The position numbers and the translations under genes are program-made. From positions 128,001-192,000 of the forward strand of contig JBCCHT010000010.1 in assembly GCA_039028615.1 (NCBI GenBank): 64,000 bases of DNA, written 5' to 3'. This document shows positions 7,803-17,466 of this stretch, piece by piece; position 1 is the first letter of the stretch, and each line of letters opens with the position of its first letter. Origin of the DNA: Myxococcota bacterium. GTDB taxonomy: Bacteria; Myxococcota_A; Polyangia; Nannocystales; Nannocystaceae. A model generated the notes under the pieces. It was not told the origin of the DNA, did no database searches, and was given only the letters and a program-made list of their open reading frames with translations.

Positions 7803-9848
7803 TCACATCTTATACGTGCGCTTTTCGGTTTGTAACGCCTGCTTCGACGCTACGAACTTGGCCTTGCTCTTGACCGCCCCGGCCACGCACTTGCCCAAAG
7901 GAGAAGTCCGGCTGGGGCCGACCGCATTCGCGCTGAGGATGCCGCCGCTGCTCTTGATGGCCGCCTCGACGGTGATGCTCTGGCCCGGAATCGCGCCATG
8001 CTTCTTGCCGCAGGCTTTGGCGGCCTTGGCGGCTTTGCCGAACCCCTTGCTCAGGTGCTTGGACGTTCGGTGAGCCACCGGCCCGCTGGGAGGCTTGGGT
8101 CGGGGCGTTTTGGGAGGCTTGCGGGTGGTCTCGGGCTCGGGCTGCGGCTCGGGCTCGGGTTGCGGCTCGGGCTCGGGCTCCGGCTCGTCGTCGATGATCA
8201 AGCCATCGTCGTCCCCGTCCGCGCCGTCATCGGCCGCGGCTGCCCCATCGTCGGCGGCCGGGGGCGCAGTGGTCATCCCCGGCATGGGCAGCGGCTCGGC
8301 TTCGCGCTTGGGCTTTTCCTTGGTCTCCGGGTCGTCTTTCTTGGCGACCTCGGCCGGGGTGTCCTTGGCCTTGTCGGCCTCGGGCTCGGGGTCGTCGCCC
8401 ATCAGCAGGAAGGCGGCGAGGCCACCCAGCGCGAGCGCGGCGACACCACCCCCGATCAAGATGGCGAGCATGCCCTTCTTGTTGCCGCCGTCGTCGTAGG
8501 TGACCGGATCCCCGGAGTACGTGGGATCGGCCTGCTGCGGCGGCCGGGTCTCGGGGCCCGGCGGAGGATTGGTGCCCGGGTGCTGATGTCCGCCCATCAT
8601 CGGCGGATTGCGGGTGATCGCGGCCGCGGCCGGCCCGGTGGGCAGGACGTCCTGGCCCATGCCGTCGAGCATCATCGTGCCGCCCGGATCTGGGCTCCAG
8701 CCGGTGGGGCCCTTGATGTCGGGACCGTTGAGCAGCTCGGGCGGGACGCTGTCCCCGTCGAGCAGCAGCGTTCCACCGGCGCCCTCGGGGGGCTGGCTCG
8801 GCGGACCGTGGTTGGCCTGGGCGTTCTGGCCCAGCCACATCGTGTTGCCCTTGCCGTCGTCGAGCGGCAGCGTGGACGCGGGGCCCGTGGGCGGGTTGGT
8901 GTGCGGCGCGGCATAGGCCGCGGCCTGCATGCCGCCGGCGAGCAGGGTGCCGTCGGGACCGAGCGCGAGCAGGGCCTGCTCGAACTCTTTCATGGTCTGG
9001 TAGCGATCCTCGCGCTTCTTCGACAGCGCCTTGACCACGATCGACTCGACCATCGGCGGGATGCCGGCGTCGGGGGCCATGGTGCTGGGCAAGGTGAGCG
9101 GCTCGGTGAGGTGCCGCGACAACACTCGCATGAAGTTGTCGCCGTCGAAGGGCACCATGCCCGTCAGGATTTCGTACATCAGGACGGCGGCGGCGTAGAT
9201 GTCGGTACGGCCGTCCGCGGTCTCGCCACAGGCCTGCTCGGGGGCCATGTACTTGGCGGTGCCGAACACCGCTCCGGTGCGGGTGAGGCCCTTGTCGTGC
9301 TCGGCGTCGGTGACCTTGGCGATACCGAAGTCGAGCAGCTTGATGAACTCGCGCCCGTCGGCCTTGGTGATGACGAAGCAGTTCGCCGGCTTGAGGTCGC
9401 GGTGGATGATCCCCTTGTCGTGGGCGGCGTGGAGCGCTCGCACGATCTGGAGCATGAAGTTTTGCACCCGCGGCCAGGGCATGCGGCCGTCTTGCTTCAG
9501 GGTGTCGGCCAGGTCGCGACCCTGGAGGAACTCCATGGCGAAGAACACCGAGCCGCCGGGCACGGGGCCGAAGTCGACGATGTCGACGATGTTCTCGTGT
9601 TGGATCATCGAGGCGGCTCGCGCCTCTTGCAGGAAACGATCGACGTGGGTCTGGTCGCGGCACAGCTCGGGGTGCAGGACCTTGAGCGCGACTCTCTTGC
9701 GCAAGGTCACGTGTTCGGCGAGGAACACGCTGCCCATGCCGCCGTCGCCGATGACCTTCTGAACCTGGTACCGGTCCGCGAGGATCGTGCCGACGAGGTC
9801 CTGCGGCGAGGACCACATGCCTTCGGGGGCTCCGCCGTTCTCGGTCAT
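7803..9848 (-). CDS. Membrane Ser/Thr (Hanks) protein kinase with C-terminal AgmX/TonB-C-like domain
   Basis: GDGGMG, VALK, HRDLKPAN, DFG, GTAKYMAPE; TM; EP linker; Cys-containing C-terminal domain. Confidence 0.93.
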   Translation of the reverse strand: MTENGGAPEGMWSSPQDLVGTILADRYQVQKVIGDGGMGSVFLAEHVTLRKRVALKVLHPELCRDQTHVDRFLQEARAASMIQHENIVDIVDFGPVPGGSVFFAMEFLQGRDLADTLKQDGRMPWPRVQNFMLQIVRALHAAHDKGIIHRDLKPANCFVITKADGREFIKLLDFGIAKVTDAEHDKGLTRTGAVFGTAKYMAPEQACGETADGRTDIYAAAVLMYEILTGMVPFDGDNFMRVLSRHLTEPLTLPSTMAPDAGIPPMVESIVVKALSKKREDRYQTMKEFEQALLALGPDGTLLAGGMQAAAYAAPHTNPPTGPASTLPLDDGKGNTMWLGQNAQANHGPPSQPPEGAGGTLLLDGDSVPPELLNGPDIKGPTGWSPDPGGTMMLDGMGQDVLPTGPAAAAITRNPPMMGGHQHPGTNPPPGPETRPPQQADPTYSGDPVTYDDGGNKKGMLAILIGGGVAALALGGLAAFLLMGDDPEPEADKAKDTPAEVAKKDDPETKEKPKREAEPLPMPGMTTAPPAADDGAAAADDGADGDDDGLIIDDEPEPEPEPQPEPEPQPEPETTRKPPKTPRPKPPSGPVAHRTSKHLSKGFGKAAKAAKACGKKHGAIPGQSITVEAAIKSSGGILSANAVGPSRTSPLGKCVAGAVKSKAKFVASKQALQTEKRTYKM

Positions 9849-10090
9849 GTTCGGATCATCTTTCCTGGGGGGCCGAGCATACCGCAGTTGCCGATGCGCT
9901 GGGTTGGCGATGCCCTACCGGAGCAGGGAACGCACGACGAGTCGAAATGGAGTGGCGCAGGCCGTGGCCGGTCTGGCCCCTGCGGTGGGTGGCCCCGGGG
10001 ACGAGGCCTCGATGCTACCGAATTCGCAGGAAAAACGGGCCCTGGGCCGGCCAACCCGAGATCTCCACCCATTTCGGGTGGGAGTCGGAC

Positions 10091-11761
10091 TCACAGATCG
10101 GAGTCGAAGTTGAACGATGCCCCCGCCAGCGCGGCGCCGATCGAGGTGTGAACGGCCGGTTCCCCCTGCGCATCCGTGCGGACCTCGAGGGCCACGGCGC
10201 CTCGCGGGCTGCGGGGGAGGAAGTTGGTCGAGGCGTCGGCGAGCCGGGCGGCGAGCTCCTGGGAGGTGGCCTGGGGCGGCAGATCGTCGCGTACGGCCTG
10301 CGTCAGGCGCGAGGCTCGCCCGGCCAGGATACGTCCCGGCAAGGTGAGATCGTGCTGCCCGGGCTGGACCATCGGGGCGGCGGCGAGGCGGAGCCGGTCG
10401 GTGCCCTGCTCGCTGCCCAGCACCAGCACGCCGCGGGCCGCCAGGGCCCGCTGACGATCGATGGAGGCCAAGCGCTCGGTGGCGACGGTGGGGCTGCCCT
10501 CGTCCTCGCCGAGCTGATGCGAGGCCGGGCTCACCAGGGCGCCGGCTCGGCCGAAGATCTGACCGGGGCCGCCGGTCTGACCGACGCTGGCCGAGATCAT
10601 CGACGCGACGCCCCACACCGGGCTACCGAACACGATGCGGCGGGCGAGCTTGTTCTGTTCGTTGGCGAGCACCACCGCATTCGAGGCGGCGCACAGCCAC
10701 GAGGTGCTCTCGTTCTTGCGGAGCTCGGTCCAGCCCTCGGGGGCCGGGGCGGCCTCGGGCAGGTCGTCGAGCCAGGCTCCGGTGGTGCCCTCGGGGATCT
10801 CCACGACGATCGGCACGCGGCTGCGCGCGCCGAGCTCGGCCAGGGCCTGCAGCTTCTCGATGGTGTTGACCGGCAGCGCCACGAACACCGCGTCGGGGCG
10901 CTCCATCGGCGGCACGTCGAGGCGCGGTCCGAGGTGCGCCACGAGTGCGTCGGCGTTGGTGTCGACGAGATCGATGCCGAGGTCGTCGGCCCCGGGCGAG
11001 GCGGACACGACCATTCGGAGCCCACGCCACGCGGACTCGAGGTCGCTGACGGTGGCGGCGGCCATCAGGTCGAGCGCGGTGGACTCGACGGCGCCGTCGA
11101 TGAGCTGCGCGACTTCTCGCTCGATCGGCGTGCCGCGTTTTTGGGTGGTCGTGCTGCTCGACTTGCTGCCCCGCATCGCGCCGATGAACGCGTCCAGGCC
11201 CGACTTGGCGGCCGCGGTCGGCTCGGCCGAAGTGGCCGGCGAGGCGACGTCCGCCTTGCCGAAGATGGCGTCGAGGGCCGAGCCGCCCGACGAGGTCTCG
11301 GGGGCGGGGCTCGGGGCGGGCTCGGGGGCAGGGGCGGGCGCTTGGGTCACCGCGGGAGCGGGAGCCGGGGCTTCATTCGCGGCGCCCGAGCGTAGCTGCT
11401 CGATCGCCTCGATGAGCTTGCCGCGGCCGACGGCGGCCTCGACCTTGCGCACCGCGGCGTCGAGGTTGCCCTTCTTGGTCAGCTCGGCGGCGATGCCCGA
11501 CAAGGTGCTGAGGACCTCGACCTGCTTGATGACCTCGGTGAGCCGGAACTCGGTCGGGCGCGCGAAGGTCAGCGAGACGCTGCGCGTGGCGGCCGAGCCG
11601 AGACCATCGGGAATCTCGACCGTGGTCGACAGGCCGACCTTGGACATTACGGTACGAAATCGCTCCCCCGAAGCCGGCGTCACTCGGCCGGTTGGAGTCG
11701 CGCTGAAGGGGGCGGCGACGAGCCATCGGAGGGGTCGCGCTTGGCCGACGGGCGAGGACAT
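10091..11761 (-). CDS. Type VI secretion contractile sheath-like protein, TssB-like N-terminus fused to TssC-like C-terminus
   Basis: N-term LRWLVAAPFS...RFRTVM...SLTFARPTEF...VIKQVEVL resembles VipA/TssB; LESAWRGLRMVV matches the VipB/TssC LEsaWRgL motif. Confidence 0.65.
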   Translation of the reverse strand: MSSPVGQARPLRWLVAAPFSATPTGRVTPASGERFRTVMSKVGLSTTVEIPDGLGSAATRSVSLTFARPTEFRLTEVIKQVEVLSTLSGIAAELTKKGNLDAAVRKVEAAVGRGKLIEAIEQLRSGAANEAPAPAPAVTQAPAPAPEPAPSPAPETSSGGSALDAIFGKADVASPATSAEPTAAAKSGLDAFIGAMRGSKSSSTTTQKRGTPIEREVAQLIDGAVESTALDLMAAATVSDLESAWRGLRMVVSASPGADDLGIDLVDTNADALVAHLGPRLDVPPMERPDAVFVALPVNTIEKLQALAELGARSRVPIVVEIPEGTTGAWLDDLPEAAPAPEGWTELRKNESTSWLCAASNAVVLANEQNKLARRIVFGSPVWGVASMISASVGQTGGPGQIFGRAGALVSPASHQLGEDEGSPTVATERLASIDRQRALAARGVLVLGSEQGTDRLRLAAAPMVQPGQHDLTLPGRILAGRASRLTQAVRDDLPPQATSQELAARLADASTNFLPRSPRGAVALEVRTDAQGEPAVHTSIGAALAGASFNFDSDL

Positions 11762-11935
11762 CGTGAACCGACCCTACCCGTGCCAAAGATCCCCTGACAA
11801 GGACCGAGCGGTCGAAGTCACCGAATCGACGGGAAGTGGATGTCGGATGGGGTGCGAGTCCGGCCGTAGATCGCACGCGCGCGACCGCCCGCGGCCACGC
11901 AGCCGAGCGGAGCGGTCGACGTCATTGGTATCGTT

Positions 11936-13402
11936 GTGGCTTCCGATCCGATGGCATTGCTCGATGAAGCAGCGGACGAGCTCGCCTCGCTCGACCGGGC
12001 GCTCGAGGCGAGAGCGGGGAGCAACCCCGCAATCGTGGAGCTTCCCCCGATGCATACCGTGCTGTGCCCCGCGGATCGTTTTGGGCCCGACACCTTCACG
12101 CAGTTCGGCATCACGGCCTGGGAATCCATGGTGGGCCACGGCCCGGATCCGCATTCCTTCGCCATGGCCCTGGGCGTCTACCAGCCCGGTCAGCTGCCGC
12201 GCTCGTCGGTGCAGGCGATGCAGGCCCGTCGCTTTCGCGAGGACCCGCAGGCGCTGCGCCACGAGGATTTCGACGCCTGGCTCGTGCATGCGGTGCACGC
12301 CCGCGTGCAGCAGCGGCTCGAGTCGCGGCCGGTCGAGGACCTGCGCATCGACTTCGAGGGGGGCTACGGCACCCGCGACGACGCCGAAGAGGACCGGCAC
12401 GCCAAGGGGGCGGCCGAGTCCATCGCCGACGCGACGGAGCGCGGGGTGGTCTCGCCGCGGCTGGGTCTGCGGATCAAGCCGCTGTCTCGCCGGGCGGTGG
12501 GGCGAGCGGTGCGGACCCTCGAGGTGTTCATCGACACGCTGTCGGGGTGCTTGCAGCGGCAGCCGACCGAGCTGGTGCTCACCTTGCCGCAGGTCTCCTT
12601 GCCCGAGCAGGTCTCGACCGCCGCGCACTTGTTGTCCGTGCTCGAGCAGCGCCATCGCTGGGCTCCCGGGTTGGTCCGCATGGAGCTGCTCGTCGAGACC
12701 ACGCCCGCGCTGTTCGACGAGGCGGGTCGCTGTGCGCTGCCTCGGTTGGTGGGCGCGGCGGAGGGGCGCTGCGTCGCGGTGCACCTGGGCAGCGAGGACT
12801 TGGCTCGGGCCTGTGGACTCGCCCCCGAGCTCGCCGATGGCGAGCACCCGCTGAGCGACCTGGCCCGCGGCCTGTTGCGCCTGGCGCTGGGGCGAACCGA
12901 GGTCACGCTCTCCGACTCGATCACCGGACCCTTGCCCGAGGGTCCCCACCCGCTGTCGGGGCCGCTGTCGGCCGCGCAGCGCTCGGACAACCTGGCCGCA
13001 GTGCATCGGGCCTGGCGACGCGGCCACGCCCAGATCCTGCACGCGCTACGGCAGGGCTTCTATCACGGCTGGGATCGCCACGGCGCCGAGATCCCGGTGC
13101 GCTGCGCTGCCAACTATCGCTTCTTCTTGCTGCGCTTCGACGAGGCGGCCACCCAGCTCCGCGAGCTGCTGACCCACGCTACCTCGGCGGTGGTGCCCGA
13201 CCAGCACGGCAGCAGCACGCGGCACGGGCAGCGCCTGCTCGACTTCGTTCGCCGGGCGCATCGCTGCGGAGCCATCGGCCAGGTGGAGCTGGAGCGGGTG
13301 GGGCTCGAGCCGGCGGAGCTCGACCAGCCGCGCTTCGTCGAGCTGGTGGCCCACCGCCGGGCCCGAGCGCTCGAGGGGTCCGAGGCTCACGGACGCTTGT
13401 AG
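11936..13402 (+). CDS. HpcH/HpaI-CitE-like aldolase/lyase fold protein (DUF6986-like)
   Basis: VEDLRIDFEGGYG, GLRIK, LVET, GSED, GWDRH motifs; GTG start. Confidence 0.72.
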   Translation: MASDPMALLDEAADELASLDRALEARAGSNPAIVELPPMHTVLCPADRFGPDTFTQFGITAWESMVGHGPDPHSFAMALGVYQPGQLPRSSVQAMQARRFREDPQALRHEDFDAWLVHAVHARVQQRLESRPVEDLRIDFEGGYGTRDDAEEDRHAKGAAESIADATERGVVSPRLGLRIKPLSRRAVGRAVRTLEVFIDTLSGCLQRQPTELVLTLPQVSLPEQVSTAAHLLSVLEQRHRWAPGLVRMELLVETTPALFDEAGRCALPRLVGAAEGRCVAVHLGSEDLARACGLAPELADGEHPLSDLARGLLRLALGRTEVTLSDSITGPLPEGPHPLSGPLSAAQRSDNLAAVHRAWRRGHAQILHALRQGFYHGWDRHGAEIPVRCAANYRFFLLRFDEAATQLRELLTHATSAVVPDQHGSSTRHGQRLLDFVRRAHRCGAIGQVELERVGLEPAELDQPRFVELVAHRRARALEGSEAHGRL

Positions 13403-13980
13403 TGCGTCGTGTAGACCACGTCCCCCGGTAGGCGCGGGGAGAAGATGCGGGTGACGATCTCGAGCCGACCTTCGTCGTCGATGCGATAGGTCCGCTCGCC
13501 GCCGCCTTGATCGGTTTCGACGCGGGTCTGGATGGTCTCGCCGTCGAGCTTGAGCGAGCCCTTGGCCTCGTCGCCTTCGTCGTTGACGGTCTCGAAGACC
13601 TTGCCGTCGGCCGGGGCCACGAAGGGCTTGGGTCGCTCGCTGCGGCCGATGGTCACGATGCCCTCGGCCTCGCTGATCTCCATGGTGGCGTCGATGCGCA
13701 CGCTCTCCTCGAGCCGCGACTGCGCCATGCCTCGGATGAGGCCATTCATCTCGCTGGTGACCTTGCTGACCGCGGCCAGCGAGGCCTCGCTCTCCTCGGT
13801 GCCGCCGATGTGCTCCCACTTGCCCGCGAACTTGGCCACGGTGGACTTTTGCTCCGCGCTGAGCTCGACCGGCTGCATCTTGGCGGGAGGCGGGGCTTCT
13901 TTGCCGCAGGCGGCCGCGAGCAGCAGGCCGGCGAGGGCGAGACCGAGGGGGCGAACGAAGGGGGCGCGCACGATGACCAA
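13387..13980 (-). CDS. Hypothetical lipoprotein (lipocalin/FABP-like beta-barrel possible)
   Basis: LAAAC lipobox; FAGKW motif and beta-strand pattern. Confidence 0.72.
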   Translation of the reverse strand: MVIVRAPFVRPLGLALAGLLLAAACGKEAPPPAKMQPVELSAEQKSTVAKFAGKWEHIGGTEESEASLAAVSKVTSEMNGLIRGMAQSRLEESVRIDATMEISEAEGIVTIGRSERPKPFVAPADGKVFETVNDEGDEAKGSLKLDGETIQTRVETDQGGGERTYRIDDEGRLEIVTRIFSPRLPGDVVYTTHYKRP

Positions 13981-13993
13981 CGGTACCGCAGTC

Positions 13994-14521
13994 CTAGCCG
14001 TGGCGGCGCTGAACGGTGGCCTTGAGCTCGCGCCGTAGATCTTCGCGGAGCACCTGGTAGCGAGCGAACTGGTCTTCGTCGAGCACGGCCCGCATGCGGT
14101 CGTCGGTCTGCTGGCGGATCGCGTCCATCGGGGGCCGATGGGCCTGGGCCGCCCGCATCTTGGCCATCCGCGACGGCGAGGCGACGATCGCTTCGAGGTG
14201 AGGCTGCATGGCGGAGGCGTGCTCCGAGAGCACGGTGCGCACGGCCTGTTGTTGTTTCGGCTGGAGCTTCAGCTCCGTGTCCAGCGTCGTCACGAATTCG
14301 GCGAGCACGGCGGCCACGTCGTCGGCGACCTCGGTCTCCGCCGTCGCATCGGCGGCGGGCGCATCGGCGGTGGGCTCGGTGGCCGCGGGTTCCGGCGTGT
14401 CGGTGGTGCTGGGCGCGGTGGTCGGAGGGGTCGTTTCGGAGGCGCAGCCCGCGAGGGGCGCGGCGGCGACGGCCACCAGCGCGAGGGGGATCAGGGAGAG
14501 GAGTTCACGAGTTCGGGACAC
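13994..14521 (-). CDS. Hypothetical helical lipoprotein (Spy/CpxP-like); start uncertain
   Basis: LAGC lipobox; LKLQPKQQ and VLDEDQ LTxxQ-like motifs; GTG at 14521 gives a proper signal peptide. Confidence 0.65.
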   Translation of the reverse strand: MSRTRELLSLIPLALVAVAAAPLAGCASETTPPTTAPSTTDTPEPAATEPTADAPAADATAETEVADDVAAVLAEFVTTLDTELKLQPKQQQAVRTVLSEHASAMQPHLEAIVASPSRMAKMRAAQAHRPPMDAIRQQTDDRMRAVLDEDQFARYQVLREDLRRELKATVQRRHG

Positions 14522-14718
14522 GTCGCTCACCCGCTGCCAGGGCCGTGCCAAGGCCGTGCGCCATCGATCTCCGGGGCTTGGTGGTGCGCACGATGCCTCA
14601 CCGTTGACTGGAGTCCATGGTCGGTTGGCCATCGCATGGGGTCCGCAATCGACTCCGGCTCATGTCCGCACGAGGCGAACATGAGCCGGATCGGGAAGTT
14701 TGGCTGGCGGCGAGAGCC

Positions 14719-16011
14719 TCAGACGCGTTCCATGACCGCGCCCGCACCCAGGCCACCCGCGGCACAGATCCCCAGCAGGGCGTTCTGCTTGTTGCCGCTG
14801 GCGAGCTCGTTGGCCACGGTGGTGACCATGCGGGCCCCGGTGGCCCCGAAGGGGTGACCGAGCGCGACCGAGCCGCCGTAGAGGTTGAGCTTGTCGGGGT
14901 CGACCTCGCCGACCGCCTTGTCGCGGCCGAGTCGAGCCTTGGCGAACGCGTCGCTGCCGAGCATCTTGAGGACCGAGAGCACCTGGGCGGCGAACGCCTC
15001 GTGCATGTCGATCATGTCGATGTCGTCCATCGTCATGCCCGCGCGGTCGAGCGCCTTGGGCATGGCCAGGGCGGGGCCCATGAGCAGCTGGTCGGCGGGG
15101 TCGACCCCCACGTAGCTCCAGCTGCGGAACGCGGCCTTGGGCGTGTAGCCCAGGGCTCGGGCCTTCTGCTCGCTCATCAGGAGCACCGCGGAGGCGCCGT
15201 CGGTGAGCGGGCTCGAGTTGCCCGCGCTCAGCGTGCCCTTCTTGGCGAACACGGGGCGGAGCTTGGCGAGGGCCTCGACGCTGGTGTCGGCCCGGACCAG
15301 GGTATCGGCGGTGACCGTGCGGCCATCGGGGGTCTGCACCGCGGCGACCTCGTCGCGCAGGCGACCCGAGCTGATGCCGGCCGCGGCCCGGTGATGCGAG
15401 CGCACCGCGAACTCGTCCTGCGACTGTCGCGAGATCTCGTTGCGGCGGGCCATCTCCTCGGCCGCCTCGCCCATCACCTGACCGGTGGTGCGCTCGGCGA
15501 TCTTCGGCATCTTGGGCAGCGCCTCGGAGATCGGCATGAGCTGGCTGAGCACGCCCAGCATGTCCATGGGGGTCGCCTTGCCGAAGGCCAGCGGGGCCAG
15601 GGCGTGCACGACCTTCTGGGGCAGCTTGATCTCGGCGTTGCTGGTCGAGTCGGAGCCGCCCGCGATCATCACGTCGGCGTCACCGTTCTCGATGGCCGCG
15701 ACGGCGGAGGTGATCGCCTGCAGGCCGGAGGCGCAGGCACGGGTGACCGTGTGGCCCTCGACGCGCGCGGGCAGGCGCAGGTCCAAGGCGATTTCACGGG
15801 CGACGTTGGGGGCGAGTCCCGGGAGGATCACGCCGCCCCACACGATGCCGTCGATCTCGTCGTGCGAGACCTCGGTGCGCTCGAGCAGGGCCCCTACGGC
15901 CGCATCGCCTAGGGCGATGGAGTCCATCTTGAGGAATTCGGCGAAAGCCTTGACGAAGGGAGTTCGGACTCCCTCGACCACGACTGCGCGTCGCTTGCCA
16001 TCTTTGCTCAT
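14719..16011 (-). CDS. fadI: Acetyl-CoA C-acyltransferase (thiolase, FadI/FadA2 type)
   Basis: RTPF, ACASG, HEAF, GHPFGATG, CAAGG thiolase motifs. Confidence 0.93.
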   Translation of the reverse strand: MSKDGKRRAVVVEGVRTPFVKAFAEFLKMDSIALGDAAVGALLERTEVSHDEIDGIVWGGVILPGLAPNVAREIALDLRLPARVEGHTVTRACASGLQAITSAVAAIENGDADVMIAGGSDSTSNAEIKLPQKVVHALAPLAFGKATPMDMLGVLSQLMPISEALPKMPKIAERTTGQVMGEAAEEMARRNEISRQSQDEFAVRSHHRAAAGISSGRLRDEVAAVQTPDGRTVTADTLVRADTSVEALAKLRPVFAKKGTLSAGNSSPLTDGASAVLLMSEQKARALGYTPKAAFRSWSYVGVDPADQLLMGPALAMPKALDRAGMTMDDIDMIDMHEAFAAQVLSVLKMLGSDAFAKARLGRDKAVGEVDPDKLNLYGGSVALGHPFGATGARMVTTVANELASGNKQNALLGICAAGGLGAGAVMERV

Positions 16012-16029
16012 GAGTGTCTCTCCTCGATC

Positions 16030-17466
16030 TCAGGCGCCGACGAGGGCGCCGCCGCAGACCCGCAGGACCTGGCCGGTGGTGGCCGCTGCTCCGGGGGTGG
16101 AAAAGTAGGTGATCGCCTCGCCGACGTCGCGGGGGAGGCCGCCTTGGCCCAGGCTACTCAGGCGCCGGGCCACCTCGCGGATGACCACCGGGATGGCGGC
16201 GGTCAGCCGGGTCTCGATGAATCCGGGCGCGATCGCGTTGACGGCGATGCCCCGGTCGGCCAGCGTCTCGGCCAGCTTGGCGGTGTAGCCGATGACACCG
16301 GCCTTGGACGCGGAGTAGTTGGTCTGCCCCATGTTGCCGGCGATGCCGGCGATGGAGGACAGCAGCACGATGCGGCCCTCGTCGCGGAGCGGACCCTCGA
16401 TCAGCGCCTCGGTGATGCGCGCCACCGCGCTGAGGTTGATGTCGATGGTCTGGTCCCAGCGCTCCGGCTTCATGCGGGCGAGGGTCTTGTCGCGGGTGAT
16501 GCCCGCGTTGTGCACGACGATGTCGACGCCGCCGTGGTGCTCCTGGAAGTGCTTGGCGATGAGGGCGGGCGCCTCGGGGTCGCTGACGTCGGCCAGTAGC
16601 ACGCTGCCGCCGATCTCTCGGGCGACCTGGCTGGCCAGGGCGTCGTCTTGCGGGCGGTCGAGGCAGACCACGTGGGCGCCCTCTTCCGCCATCAGCTTGG
16701 CGGCGGCGGCCCCGATGCCGCGGGCGGCACCGGTGACCAGCGCGACCTTGCCCTGGAGCGGCCGCACGAAGGGCACGGAGGCGGGCCACTTGGCGCGGGC
16801 GTCCACGTGCAGCGGCTGCCCGGCGATGAAGGCCGAGCGGGGCGACAGCAGGAAGCGAAGCAGCGGCTCGACCCGCTCCTCGGCGCCCTCGGACACGGTG
16901 ACCAGCTGGGCGGTGGAGCCCTTCTTGCCGACCTCTTTGTTGATGCTGCGGACGAACCCGTCGAGCGCAGCCGCGGCCGCGGCCGCGCGGGGCTCGGCGT
17001 GCGAGTCGGCGGGGCGCCCCAACACCACGATGCGGCCGCAGTTGCGGAGCCGGTACATCAGCGGGTTGAAGAAGTCGTAGAGCGAGCGCAGCTGCTCGGG
17101 ATCGGTGAGGCCGGTGGCGTCGAAGACGAAGCCGTGGGCCTTGAGGCGATCGGGGATCTCGGTGAGGCTGAGCATCCGGGCGGGACGCCCGTAGGCCTCG
17201 CCGGGCTCCACGAAGGGCTGTTGGATCGCGTCCTCACCGACGAGCCGGACTTCGGCGCCGGCCATCACCAAGGTGCGGGCGACCACCGAGGCCATGACGC
17301 CACCGGGGGCCGCGCCGTAGACCAGCTCGTAGTCGTGCAAGGGACGGTCTTGGCGTGACCCCTTGGCGCGCCGCAGCGAGGGCGGCATGGGCACGGGCAG
17401 GCCGATCGTCTTGATGAGCTTGCGAGCGGTGGGGTTCTTTCCGAGGTCGACAAAGAAGTCGTTCAT
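16030..17466 (-). CDS. fabG: High-molecular-weight 3-oxoacyl-ACP/CoA reductase (FabG4 type)
   Basis: TGAARGIG, NAGITRDK, YSASK; extra N-terminal domain; start MNDFF overlaps the upstream stop (ATGA). Confidence 0.92.
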   Translation of the reverse strand: MNDFFVDLGKNPTARKLIKTIGLPVPMPPSLRRAKGSRQDRPLHDYELVYGAAPGGVMASVVARTLVMAGAEVRLVGEDAIQQPFVEPGEAYGRPARMLSLTEIPDRLKAHGFVFDATGLTDPEQLRSLYDFFNPLMYRLRNCGRIVVLGRPADSHAEPRAAAAAAALDGFVRSINKEVGKKGSTAQLVTVSEGAEERVEPLLRFLLSPRSAFIAGQPLHVDARAKWPASVPFVRPLQGKVALVTGAARGIGAAAAKLMAEEGAHVVCLDRPQDDALASQVAREIGGSVLLADVSDPEAPALIAKHFQEHHGGVDIVVHNAGITRDKTLARMKPERWDQTIDINLSAVARITEALIEGPLRDEGRIVLLSSIAGIAGNMGQTNYSASKAGVIGYTAKLAETLADRGIAVNAIAPGFIETRLTAAIPVVIREVARRLSSLGQGGLPRDVGEAITYFSTPGAAATTGQVLRVCGGALVGA

